A DNA stretch of 64,000 nucleotides from Macrostomum hystrix (lineage: Eukaryota; Animalia; Platyhelminthes). Numbering within the stretch: the first letter of the stretch is position 1; each line of letters starts with the position of its first letter. Positions 46,401-58,739 of this stretch are shown here, piece after piece. The notes under the pieces are model-generated. The model was not told the DNA's origin and did not search any database. It worked only from the letters and a program-made list of their open reading frames with translations. The position numbers and the translations under genes were made by a program. The DNA lies in the NCBI GenBank assembly GCA_950097015.1, contig CATNEN010000003.1, forward strand, positions 3,224,001 to 3,288,000, written 5' to 3'.

Positions 46401-49400
46401 ACTAAAAGCCAAGAGTAATAATGATTTAACATCGATTGCTAATTCTTCTTTAGAACATTATCTTCTCCGAGAATCTATACCCCTGTGGTCGCTAGAAATA
46501 AATACTTTTTAGATTCCTCGAGCATTAGTGCATCGATCTTAGGCATTAGCTACAATTTATCCCAACAGAGTATAGTATAGATTTCGTTTGAGATGCTATC
46601 ACTTCATCCTTTCATTTAGCTAAATCAAGAACATTCGAAACATTTTAGTGCAGATATTTTTAACAAGATCAATATTTGTGAGATTTCTAGCGGAAAAATT
46701 CTTTTTATACTGTCCTTTTTTAAAAGTTCTCCGAATGAGGAGTTCGGCTTCAACAATGTCTTCAATTGTTGACTTTGTCCAGTCGGGTGTCTCCGTGAGA
46801 AAAAGAGGCCCCGGTTATTGAAAGTGCACTTGCTCACCCCATACAAATAATACACACTATTGGCTATGCTGGACTCTCATGAGGCCATGCCTGAAGCGTG
46901 AGGTTTAATTAACATCCTTCTATCTCACACAGCAGGGAGCAGGCGAGCTGATAGATGAGCAGGCCTCGCAGACTCTCCATCCCCTACTACTCACTCGCTC
47001 GAACTCAAAGCAACTTAAGAAGCTTTGAAAGTGCCAGCTCTGAATTTTAGATTTTCTCTTCTTTGCTCTCAACTTATCGATCGGGTCTTGGTGACTGCCG
47101 TATGAATTTTAGTTGAGCCAGACCATCTCACAATGTCTATGAGTTTGTATGCCGTCATTAGATCCGACTGCAAGCATCGAAACTGATTGAGTGAGCTTCA
47201 AGTACTCGCAATCCGGATTTCTAAGAATAGACTACAAGAGTTGGGAGATATCGGTGGTGCGACTGCAAGGTCAGGAGTTCGATTCTCAGCCCAGGGTGAC
47301 AAATTGAGTTCTTGAGCAAGAGTATTTCATTCCATTTAATTCTAGATTTTTATTTTTATGAAACAACGATTTTCGTCGGTGATTAACAAAGTACTTCAGC
47401 GAGTGTTTTTACCTGTAATCCATTTAATAAGATTCCTTTTTAATAAAAAACGTAGCTTATAGTATCACTAACGCAAAATAATTAGCTAACAATGTGCTTT
47501 AATTCTTTTAAGAGATGCCTCTCTTTAACTCCAGCATCGTGTTTCTCAAAGCCGTTGCGAATGCCAGTCAGATTTGAAGTAAGTGAACTGAAAAACACAG
47601 AAAATGAGTTTCTGCTAATCCAGCAACTGTACTCCAGAGAGTTCGGGACAAAAATACCCCTTTTAAGTCCCCAAAGTGAAACCTAATTGAAATTCTCCTT
47701 TAGTTTTTGTTTCTGCATTTAGTCAAGGAAGGAAAAAAGACGTCCCAAGCTGAAAACTGCGAATTTATAAAGGACTATTCTCAATTCAATAGCTGTTTTG
47801 AGCATATTTGTGTGTGTGTCTGTGTCTGAGCCGTTCTCAAACAAGAGAAGCCTAAATTGGCATGCACTGCCTTGCTTCAACAAGAAGACGGGTAAAAAGC
47901 ATGTCCGGGTGGATTCCCACAGCCAGTTTATCCCCGGATCGCGCTATAGTCTACCCATTCGGGCCCACTCAAGGGATTTAAGCCGACCAAGCATGAAATG
48001 CGGATTTGGAATATCTCAACAGCTTTGTCGATAGATGCAGAAAATTCATAACATATGCATACATAGATCAGATCCCAATTCCTCAGATCCCAATTCCTCT
48101 GATCCCGATTCCTCAGATCCCAATTCTTCAGATCCTAAGTCCTCAGATCCCAATTCCTCAGATCCCAATTCCTCAGATCCCAATTCCTCAGATCCCAATT
48201 CCTCAGATCCCAATTCCTCAGATCCCAATTCCTCAGATCCCAATTCCTCAGATCCCAATTCCTCAGATCCCAATTCCTCAGATCCCAATTCCTCAGATCC
48301 CAATTCCTCAGATCCCCATTCCTCAGATCCCAATTCCTCAGATCCCAATTCCTCAGATCCCAATTCCTCAGATCCCAATTCCTCAGATCCCAATTCCTCA
48401 GATCCCAATTCCTCACATCCCTATTCCTCAGATACAGTTCTCAAACATCCCAAATCATTTAATCTGAACTCTTCAGATCCCAATTCCTCAGATCCCAATT
48501 CCTCAGATCCCGATTCCTCAGATACAGTTCTCAAACATCCCAAATCATTTAATCTGAACTCTTCAGATCCCAATTCCTCAGATCCCAATTCCTCAGATCC
48601 CAATTCCTCAGATCCCAATTCCTCAGATCCCAATTCCTCAGATCCCAATTCCTCAGATCCCAATTCCTCAGTTCCCAATTCCTCAGATCCCAATTCCTCA
48701 GATCCCAATTCCTCAGATCCCAATTCCTCAGATCCCAATTCCTCAGATCCCAATTCCTCATATCCCAATTCCTCAGATCCCAATTCCTCATATCCCAATT
48801 CCTCAGATACCAATTCCTCAGATCCCGATTCCTCAGATCCCAATTCCTCAGATCCCAATTCCTCAGATCCCAATTCCTCAGATCCCAATTCCTCAGATCC
48901 CAATTCCTCAGATCCCAATTCCTCAGATCCCAATTCCTCAGATCCCAATTCCTCAGATCCCAATTCCTCAGATCCCAATTCCTCAGATCCCTATTCCTCA
49001 GATCCCAATTCCTCAGATCCCAATTCCTCAGATCCCAATTCCTCAGATCCCAATTCCTCAGATCCCAATTCCTCAGATCCCAATTCCTCAGATCCCAATT
49101 CCTCAGATCCCAATTCCTCAGATCCCAATTCCTCAGATCCCAATTCCTCAGATCCCGATTCCTCAGATCCCAATTCCTCAGATCCCAATTCCTCAGATCC
49201 CAATTCCTCATATCCCAATTCCTCAGATACCGATTCCTCAGATCCCGATTCCTCAGATCCCGATTCCTCAGATACAGTTCTCAAACATCCCAAATCATTT
49301 AATCTGAACTCTTCAGATCCCAATTCCTCAGATCCCAATTCCTCAGATCCCAATTCCTCAGATCCCAATTCCTCAGATCCCAATTCCTCAGATCCCAATT

Positions 49401-52400
49401 CCTCAGTTCCCAATTCCTTAGATCCCAATTCCTCAGATCCCAATTCCTCAGATCCCAATTCCTCAGATCCCAATTCCTTAGATCCCAATTCCTCAGATCC
49501 CAATTCCTCAGATCCCAATTCCTCAGTTCCCAATTCCTCAGATCCCAATTCCTCAGATCCCAATTCCTCAGATCCCAATTCCTCAGATCCCAATTCCTCA
49601 GATCCCAATTCCTCAGATCCCAATTCCTCATATCCCAATTCCTCAGATCCCAATTCCTCATATCCCAATTCCTCAGATACCAATTCCTCAGATCCCGATT
49701 CCTCAGATCCCAATTCCTCAGATCCCAATTCCTCAGATCCCAATTCCTCAGATCCCAATTCCTCAGATCCCAATTCCTCAGATCCCAATTCCTCAGATCC
49801 CAATTCCTCAGATCCCAATTCCTCAGATCCCAATTCCTCAGATCCCAATTCCTCAGATCCCTATTCCTCAGATCCCAATTCCTCAGATCCCAATTCCTCA
49901 GATCCCAATTCCTCAGATCCCAATTCCTCAGATCCCAATTCCTCAGATCCCAATTCCTCAGATCCCAATTCCTCAGATCCCAATTCCTCAGATCCCAATT
50001 CCTCAGATCCCAATTCCTCAGATCCCGATTCCTCAGATCCCAATTCCTCAGATCCCAATTCCTCAGATCCCAATTCCTCATATCCCAATTCCTCAGATAC
50101 CGATTCCTCAGATCCCGATTCCTCAGATCCCGATTCCTCAGATCCCAATTCCTCAGATCCCAATTCCTCAGATCCCAATTCCTCAGATCCCAATTCCTCA
50201 GATCCTAATTCCTCAGATCCTAATTCCTCAGATCCCAATTCCTCAGATCCCAATTCCTCAGATCCCTATTCCTCAGATCCTAATTCCTCAGATCCTAATT
50301 CCTCAGATCCCAATTCCTCAGATCCCAATTCCTCAGATCCTAATTCCTCAGATCCCTATTCCTCAGATCCCAATTCCTCAGATCCCGATTCCTCAGATAC
50401 AGTTCTCAAACATCCCAAATCATTTAATCTGAACTCTTGAGATCCCAATTCCTAAAAAATTCTTGCCTGATTTATAACGTCGATTCCTCTCATCCCAGTT
50501 TCTCTAAGTCGATCATTTCTTAGACAGAATTCTTCAAATCCCATATTATTCAGATTTTCATTACTGAAATGGTTGTTGATCTCTTTTTTATCTATTAAAA
50601 TAATTGAGTCCCTGATGTCATAAAAGTACCATAAACACTTGACACCGCATTAGTTAAGGAATCAGACAGAGAAAAACGCGGACCACACCCTTAAAATGAA
50701 CAACAAGCTCTTCACTTGCCAGACTCAAAGAACAACTGCAGATTCTGAAGCGAGGAAAAAACGCTGAGAAGAGCTGATAAGAACAGACTCAAGCATGCGA
50801 TTCTAGGGACAGGCAATACACGCTGTTTATGCCTGCTATGGCTTCTTTCTTAGTTTCAGGGATAATCAACAAAGAGTCCGTAGCAGGGGGGTCAGTAAAC
50901 TCCGCCCCGCGGGCCAGATTCGGCTCTCGAAGCTCCCAAATCCGGCCCGATGCCACTTCCGACACCTACAGTATCCTGTCTCATCTCTCCCGTGTCTCAT
51001 CTCTCCCGTGTATCATCTCTCCTGTGTATCATCTCTCCCGTGTCTCATCTCTCCCATGTCTCATCTCTCCTGTGTCTCATCTCTCTTGTGTCTCAATTCT
51101 CCCGTGTCTCATCTCTCCCGTGTCTCATCTCTCCTGTGTTTCATCTCTCCCGTGTCTCATCTCTCCTGTGTCTCATCTCTATTGTGTCTCATCTCTCCTG
51201 TGTCTCATCTCTCTTGTGTCTCATCTCTCCCGTGTCTCATCTCTCCCGTGTCTCATCTCTCCTGTGTCTCATCTCTCCCGTGTCTCATCTCTATTGTGTC
51301 TTATCTCTCTTGTGTCTTATCTCTCTTGTGTCTCATCTCTCCCGTGTCTCATCTCTCCCGTGTCTCATCTCTCCTGTGTCTCATCTCTCCCGTGTCTCAT
51401 CTCTCCTGTGTCTCATCTCTCTTGTGTCTTATCTCTCTTGTGTCTTATCTCTCTTGTGTCTCAATTCTCCCGTGTCTCATCTCTCCCGTGTCTTATCTCT
51501 CCCCTGTCTCATCTCTCCCGTGTCTCATCTCTCCGCTGTCTCATCTCTCCCGTGTCTCATCTCTCCCGTGTCTCATCTCTCCCGTGTCTCATCTCTCCCG
51601 TGTCTTATCTCTCCCCTGTCTCATCTCTCCGCTGTCTCATCTCTCCCGTGTCTCATCTCTCCCGTGTCTCATCTCTCCCGTGTTTCATCTCTCCCGTGTC
51701 TCATCTCTCCCGTGTCTCATCTCTCCCGTGTCTCATCTCTCCCGTGTTTCATCTCTCCCGTGTCTCATCTATCCCGTGTCTCAATTTTCCCGTGTCTCAT
51801 CTCCCCCTGTAATCTATTCTCTGTCTCATCTAACCGCTATCTCATATTTCTACAGCCAATGCGGCACGCAGTCGTATTTTAGGTTCTCTATTTGGCCCGC
51901 ACGCTAATAAGTTTGCCGACCCCTTGTCTATAGTGTCGAAAACACAGTATTATAGACGACTGAAGCTCTACAGACACAACTGACACGGACTTCTGCTGAT
52001 AAGGCTATAAGAATCCCAGGGAACTAATCCCCTCCTGAAATTTTATTTATAAAAAATCCCATCTTTGGCAAGCAATGCGACCTGACAGACAGGTGACAGA
52101 TTGGATACGGAGACTATGCTCAAACTGAGCAGGCGAGACTAGCAGAGGCGGATGAAGAAATATGCAGGAGACTTCTGGGTGGGATTATTTTATCGGCAAA
52201 ATCATATCTCTCTCAGTGACAAGTCTGAGATTTTTATCTAAAATCTATACTGGCTAGTACTCAACTAGCTTTGACGAGAACTCATTTTGAAGGTCTCGAC
52301 ACACCTACAAAACTCTCAGGGGAGATGCGCAATAAAGGTGAGAAAAGTTTGAGATGACTTTAGATCCTACCCTATTTACTTCGTAGACTACAAGATAAAA

Positions 52401-55400
52401 AAGTCTCGATCCTCAATTCTCATTAGTTTCTCATCCTAGATTCTAATCCTAGATTCTCATCCTAGATTCTCATCTCATCCTAGATTCTCATCCTAGATTC
52501 TCATCCTATATCCTCATCCTAAATTCTCATCCTAGATTCTCATCCTAGATTCTGATTCTAGATTCTCATCCTAGATTCTCATCCTAGATTCTCATCCTAT
52601 ATCCTCATCCTAAATTCTCATCCTAGATTCTCATCCTAGATTCTCATCCTAGATTCTCATCCTAGATTCTCATCCTAGATTCTCATCCTAGATTCTCATC
52701 CTAGATTCTCATCCAAGATTCTCATCCTAGATTCTCATCCTAGATTCTCATCCAAGATTCTCATCCTAGATCCTCATCCTAGATTCTCATCCTAGATTCT
52801 CATCCTAGATTCTCATCCAAGATTCTCATCCTAGATTCTCATCCTAGATTCTCATTCTAGATTCTCATCCTAGATTCTCATCCTAGATTCTCATCCTATA
52901 TCCTCATCCTAGATTCTCATCCTAGATTCTCATCCTAGATTCTCATCCTATATCCTCATCCTAGATTCTCATCCTAGATTCTCATCCTAGATTCTCATCC
53001 TAGATTCTCATCCTAGATTCTCATCCTAGATTCTCATCCTAGATTCTCATCCTAGATTCTCATCCTAGATTCTCATCCTAGATTCTCATCCTAGATTCTC
53101 ATCCTAGATTCTCATCCTAGATTCTCATCCTAGATTCTCATCCTAGATTCTCATCCTAGATTCTCATCCTAGATTCTCATCCTAGATTCTCATCCTAGAT
53201 TCTCATCCTAGATTCTCATCCTAGATTCTCATCCTAGATTCTCATCCTAGATTCTCATCCTAGATTCTCATCCTAGATTCTCATCCTAGATTTGCACATA
53301 TAATTTCGCCAGAGACAAATGCTGTTTGTGTTATCCAAAAAGAAATAGTGTTCCACTTCCACTTTAAATTTCCTGACTGCGGCAAACAGGAAAATATAGT
53401 GTAGCAAAGGATTTTAGATCTGTGCTGAGACCGGACCTTAATTAGCATGACTGACGGCAACTGTTAATGACAAGCAGAATGAGTACATGTCGCAACATTC
53501 ATTATTGTATCTGTTCTCCACTTTGCTGAAATTAACTAAAAAAGCCAATAAGAACTACCTCAGACAGTTCATTTGAGATTTGTGGGCAGGCTTTGATTAA
53601 AGCAATGAGAGAGTCGGGATTTTGTGATCGAAATATTGGATATGAATAGTTTGTTTGTACGCTTTATTATCAATCTCAATTTTAGTACAACTCCATCTCA
53701 AATAAGAGTACACCACTATATCAAAGATGAGTACACCTCTATATCAAAGATGAGTACACCACTATATCAAAGATGAGTACACCTCTATATCAAAGATGAG
53801 TACACCACTTTATCAGAGATGAGTACACCACTTTATCAGAGATGAGTACACCACTTTATCAGAGATGAGTACACCACTATATCAGAGATGAGTACACCAC
53901 TTTATCAGAGATGAGTACACCACTTTATCAGAGATGAGTACACCACTTTATCAGAGATTTGTACACCACTTTATCAGAGATTAGTACACCACTTTATCAG
54001 AGATGAGTACACCACTATATCAAAGATGAGTACACCTCTATATCAAAGATGAGTACACCACTATATCAAAGATGAGTACACCACTTTATCAGAGATTTGT
54101 ACACCACTTTATCAGAGATTTGTACACCACTTTATCAGAGATTTGTACACCACTTTATCAGAGATTTGTACACCACTTTATCAGAGATGAGTACACCACT
54201 TTATCAGAGATGAGTACACCACTATATCAGAGATGAGTACACCACTTTATCAGAGATGAGTACACCACTTTATCAGAGATGAGTACACCACTTTATCAGA
54301 GATTTGTACACCACTTTATCAGAGATTAGTACACCACTTTATCAGAGATGAGTACACCACTTTATCAGAGAAGAGTACACCACTTTATCAGAGATGAGTA
54401 CACCACTTTATCAGAGATGAGTACACCACTATATCAAAGATGAGTACACCACTTTATCAGAGATGAGTACACCACTTTATCAGAGATGTGTACACCACTT
54501 TATCAGAGATTTGTACACCACTTTATCAGAGATGAGTACACCACTTTATCAGAGATGAGTACACCACTTTATCAGAGAAGAGTACACCACTTTATCAGAG
54601 AAGAGTACACCACTTTATCAGAGATGAGTACACCACTTTATCAGAGATGAGTACACCACTATATCAAAGATGAGTACACCACTTTATCAGAGATGAGTAC
54701 ACCACTTTATCAGAGATGTGTACACCACTTTATCAGAGATTTGTACACCACTTTATCAGAGATGAGTACACCACTTTATCAGAGATGAGTACACCACTTT
54801 ATCAGAGAAGAGTACACCACTTTATCAGAGAAGAGTACACCACTTTATCAGAGATGAGTACACCACTTTATCAGAGATGAGTACACCACTTTATCAGAGA
54901 TGAGTACACCACTTTATAGTTGATGAGTACATGACTATTTTATTCCATCTGGTAATCTGACAAAAATGTAGAGAAAATATGTTTGAAGCCAAACGGCGCG
55001 AAAAAATGAAAACCGGAATAAGCCGCGGTTAAATCCGACCCTTCTGGCCACTCCACAGGGGAGAACAGAACTAGAAACTGGGGTAACTGATGGGGAAGCA
55101 AGACAAATATTGAGGAAGCGATGAAAATATTATTGGGGTTAGAAAAGCGATTCGGCTAGTCGTAAGTCTTCTTCAACTACCGTACTGTGCTCCCAAACCA
55201 CCTCAACCGGTGTTCCGTCTGTGTGTCGGCATACAGCAGCCAGCTTCCGCCCATATACCAAAGTCCGTGATTCGTCAATCGCGGTTAGATCCAACGTCAA
55301 ATAAATAATAATCAGCAATTTCTCCCAGGCGCTCCGGATGAAAGTTATTCCCTATACTCACTCTGTCTCCCTCTCCATAACTGCCCTTATCCAAGTCCTT

Positions 55401-56962
55401 TTTCAGTCTCTCTTCCCGGCGGGGGGTCAATTCTTGCCCGCCAATTTCTCATCCTCGTCTGTGTAGGGGTTGGGGGGCTCCTGACTTCCTCTTTTCAGCT
55501 TGGTTTCTTTTGCCGTGGAAATTTCCATTTCTCCAGGCATCAATGATGGTGCTATGGAGCTGCATGCTTACTCACTTTCACATTTACTTTTAGCTATAGG
55601 ATTTGTTTTGTTCGATGGTGGAACTTATTTTCATATAATTTTTCTTCATCATCGTCAAGTTGCGCTTTCAATACGGAGAGATGTGTAGGCTGCTTCTAGC
55701 AATGGACTCAATCATTGAGCATAGCGGCGGAATGTTGAGTTATGCAAATGAGCGATCTCGCTGCCTGTTTGCGAATCTGATGATGAGCAATGAGCTGCAC
55801 GAGTTGAGACCACATGAGACAGCAGTCTGTTTCGATCCGGATAGGACTCAATTTGGGAACGATATGCTCAGCGTGTTTTGAGTTCAGTATATATTACATG
55901 TATATTATAGCTATTAAAAGTCAACAGATTTCTGGGAGTTAGCTCGACGGTTTTTTCATTTCTTAATGCCTTCCAAGACATAAAATGCATCTCTTGTTTG
56001 TAGACAGTGGTTCCGTCTTTGGACTTTTGAAGACGTCATTTGGGCTAGAAACTTAATTCCTGAGTGTGTCAGTTCATTAAGCTTTAAATTGAGTACTAAG
56101 CATCAGCTGGGGTAGAAATTTACCAGCCTCCCTTGTCCACGGACTGAATAGTTGTACATAGGCTATGGTTGTACACAGTCTATGGTTGTACATAGTCTAT
56201 GGTTGTACATAGTCTATGGTTGTACACAGTCTATGGTTGTACATAGTCTTTGGTTGTACATAGTCTATGGTTGTACACAGTCTATGGTTGTACACAGTCT
56301 ATGGTTGTACACAGTCTATGGTTGTACACAGTCTATGGTTGTACACAGTCTATGGTTGTACACAGTCTATGGTTGTACATTGTGTTCTTTTCATCAAGTG
56401 CTCTAGATTTTCATGGCGATTAGATGAATATTTTGGGAGATCCATGAGAAAGAGAAATGTGGTCATTTGAAATACCACCGTTGGTGATACTCACCTTCGC
56501 TGGCAGTGAAGAAGTTGGGTAGTCCAGGAACAGCCACATCCGGTATCTCAGCCGCCTGAAGCCTCTACTGCATCGAACTAGTGACTGCATCGGCTCGATG
56601 TCCTCGAAGCAGTCCTTGAACAGGGTGTTCTTGGTGCGTTTCTCTTCGTCGAATCTCATGTAGTGCGGCAGGCAGCAGGGCCCGATGCTCGCCTCGTGGA
56701 TGCCCCAGAAGATGAGCTCCTTGCGCACGAAAGGACCGCAGATATTGGTCGGCAAGTGCAGCTCGCCAGTGCGATAGAAATCTAGAATAAACCGAAACAC
56801 TTCCGGGTCCCGGTCGAAATAATAGGCGTCCTTTTGCATCTCGTCAGCGGCGATTTGGTTGTAGAGTCGGGTGTTTGGAAATCTGTAGAGGGTGGCGCGT
56901 CTAGTGACAAAGTGAGCGCCTCCGACTGTGATGGTCACAGTGTCAGCCGGGTTCACTGCCAT
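37431..56962 (-). CDS. Voltage-gated K+ channel alpha subunit, Shaw/Kv3-like, about 625 aa. Exons 56962-56495, 45074-44312, 38077-37431
   Basis: T1/BTB domain (TITVGGAHFVTRRATLYRFPNTRL...YYFDRDPEVFRFILDFYRTGELHLPTNICGPFVRKELIFWGI...PCC). S4 ALRILRVFKISK, S4-S5 GLRVLMLTVKKSIPEL, pore AFWWSIVTLTTVGYGDIVP, S6 GCIVTGLAIPIIGNNF. Splice phases are consistent (1878 nt). Confidence 0.9.
38385..38900. repeat. Degenerate C/A-rich minisatellite of about 19 bp (GCCAACCTCACTCC core)
   Basis: Recurrent CCAACCTCACTC motif. Confidence 0.85.
39600..40012. repeat. Minisatellite of about 19 bp (CACCAACCTCACTCCGCAA), related to 38385-38900 and 44025-44282
   Basis: Visible periodicity and shared core. Confidence 0.9.
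40518..42385. repeat. Purine-rich minisatellite, 24-25 bp (GGGTAGAATCGGGAGGGTGAGAAA)
   Basis: Visible periodicity with strong strand asymmetry. Confidence 0.97.
43095..43310 (+). mobile_element. SINE family B, decayed and internally deleted copy
   Basis: GCTCGATTCCGCGGCG...GGGGCGCAGCCGCGGAGAGAAGGCTT...GTGTACACTGCCTGAC. Confidence 0.75.
43625..43800 (+). mobile_element. Possible decayed 3' end of an RTE-clade LINE
   Basis: Frameshifted translation resembles the RTE ORF C-terminus (G.PR...DL....W.EA.E...D...K..I..L..LSAED*). Judged by eye only. Confidence 0.3.
44025..44282. repeat. Minisatellite, 19 bp (CCAACCCCACTCCGCCGAG), near the donor of Kv exon 2
   Basis: Visible periodicity. Confidence 0.92.
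45141..45932. mobile_element. Non-autonomous DNA transposon (MITE) with long imperfect TIRs of about 130 bp and TA flanks, Tc1/mariner-like
   Basis: Left end TA|CTAAAGTCAAG...GTAGAAGGA...TTTCTTAGAAAAA...AATACACT...GAGATAGGAAATT...TTCACATTTA matches the reverse complement of 45800-45932, which ends CTTGACTATAG|TA. Confidence 0.75.
46034..46253. mobile_element. hAT-superfamily MITE, 220 bp
   Basis: TIRs CAGTGGCGGCGCAGG / CCTGCGCCGACACTG (14/15). Perfect 8 bp TSD CTGGCACC (46026-46033 and 46254-46261). Repeated internal GGTGGTCACC/GGTGACCAC motifs. Confidence 0.9.
48068..50453. repeat. Satellite, 15 bp (GATCCCAATTCCTCA), with an interspersed 45 bp variant block
   Basis: Visible periodicity. 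The GATACAGTTCTCAAACATCCCAAATCATTTAATCTGAACTCTT block occurs four times. Confidence 0.97.
50884..51925. mobile_element. hAT-Charlie-like non-autonomous element carrying the 16 bp minisatellite internally
   Basis: Left end CAGGGGGGTCAGTAAACTCCGCCCCGCGGGCCAGATTCGGC. Right end TGGCCCGC...AAGTTTGCCGACCCCTT. Degenerate 8 bp TSD GTCCGTAG / GTCTATAG. Confidence 0.8.
52425..53292. repeat. Minisatellite, 13 bp (CCTAGATTCTCAT)
   Basis: Visible periodicity. Confidence 0.97.
53705..54930. repeat. Minisatellite, 23 bp (GAGTACACCACTTTATCAGAGAT)
   Basis: Visible periodicity. Confidence 0.97.
56150..56380. repeat. Minisatellite, 17 bp (TCTATGGTTGTACACAG), directly following a SINE A fragment (56085-56150)
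   Basis: Visible periodicity. The preceding sequence GCATCAGCTGGGGTA...GTCCACGGACTGAA matches SINE A. Confidence 0.92.
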
Positions 56963-58275
56963 GACTTTTGGATGAACAAAATCTAAAAATTTGTGAAATC
57001 TTTGAAAATGCTTCTGTGACTCTAGGACTGAATTGTGCTCAGAAATGATTCCTGAACAACGCTTAACCTCAAGCTACTGAACGGGGGGGATATTGTGAGA
57101 CTGGCTTCTTGAATCTGGGAACTATTGGATGAGAAAAGGGGGTCAGGGAAGCCCCAGTTACAGGATTGGACAAGACCTACTCACGCACTCTACACTGGCG
57201 GGGTACATTAGCCAAGCCGTGTAGACTTTAATTGCATCCAACTGCCTGTTTAAACATATGCTTTTAGCCTTGGGACAATTTTATTATTATTATCATTCAT
57301 AGGATTAGCGTGGGTATACACTCTTCTATACTTATATATGTATATACTTTCGATTCCTATACTCATACAAGAGTTTAAAGATTCTGAAAGTCCTATAACC
57401 CATAGCTCATTGTACGAGTACAATCTACTATAGGCATCATTGATCCACATTGTATTGAATGCCGCTAACTACGAGTATATGGCAGTCAGAAAACTCTCAA
57501 CTAACCTCCTGTACACACACTAGAGAGACGTGGGCGCACACAAAGGCTGGGCAGTGTCGCCTACTCTCCCGTCATTATGATCTTAAGAGTTCAGAAGACT
57601 TCTCAATTTAGACTGTACTCAAATTTCAGTGTAGAACTCAGAAATATTTCTCTTCTTTTCTACTGCCTTTTTTGCATTACTGTTTTTTAAGTCGTCGATG
57701 AAGCCTTTGACCTTGGGTCTGAAGCCTTGACTTCCTTGATAGTAAAGCTATGGCTTTACCCATTGTCTGATCTTCACGTTTTTTCTGTTCCATGCGTCAA
57801 TCTTTTTTCCCGGGTGCATCTCGTTTTTATCTCGGTACAGTTGCTTGCCATGAATATCATTTGTCATACAATGATGCGTTTGATGCATTTTGACGACATT
57901 GTTTTGAACTCATTTATTTCAATCAACTAGTATTCTTATAGCATTTTATAGCGTTTGTCCTTTCGAGTTGGCCATAGACAGCAGTCGCAGAAAGCTCAGT
58001 GTGTAATGTAAAATACGATTGCTTATTTAATCGTAAAAATTGTACTATTCTGAGCCGGGAATGTGTTGTCTATGGTAATTTTTAGTTAGATTATTTGACA
58101 AAAACTACTCGTAGGATATTATATCATATAATCTCCTCGAAATAAGGAACATTGAAGTGAACTTTGAAATCGGCTTTTACGTTTTGCCACCACTGACTGA
58201 CTGGCTGCTTTGTGACTGTATCCTTGTGAGACATTTTTTGTCTATGGTCGGAATCAAATGGTCTAAAGTTTAGAC

Positions 58276-58739
58276 TCATCTCTCCCCTGTCTTATCTCTC
58301 CCGTGTCTTATCTCTCTCGTGTATCATCTTTCTGTGTCTCATCTCTCCCGTGTTTAATCTCTCCCGTGTCTCATCTCTCCCGTGTCTCATCTCTCCCGTG
58401 TCTTATCTCTCCCGTGTCTAATCTCTCCTGTTTCTCATCTCTCCCGTGTCTTATCTCTCACGTGTCTAATCTCTCCTGTTTCTCATCTCTCCCCTGTCTT
58501 ATCTCTCCCGTGTCTCAGCTCTCTCGTGTATCATCTTTCTGTGTCTTATCTCTCCCGTGTTTAATCTCTCCCGTGTCTTATCTCTCCCGTGTCTCATCTC
58601 TCCCGTGTCTAATCTCTCCTGTTTCTCATCTCTCCCGTGTCTCATCTCTCCTCTATCTCATATTTATAGTCAATGCGGCCCGCTGTCGTCTTTTAGGTTC
58701 TCTCTTTGGCCCGCCAGCAAATAAGTTTGCCTACCCCTG
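58276..58739. mobile_element. Left-truncated copy of the hAT-Charlie-like element (16 bp satellite plus intact right end)
   Basis: 58657-58739 aligns with 51841-51925 and ends AAGTTTGCCTACCCCTG, followed by GTCTAAAC. Confidence 0.8.
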
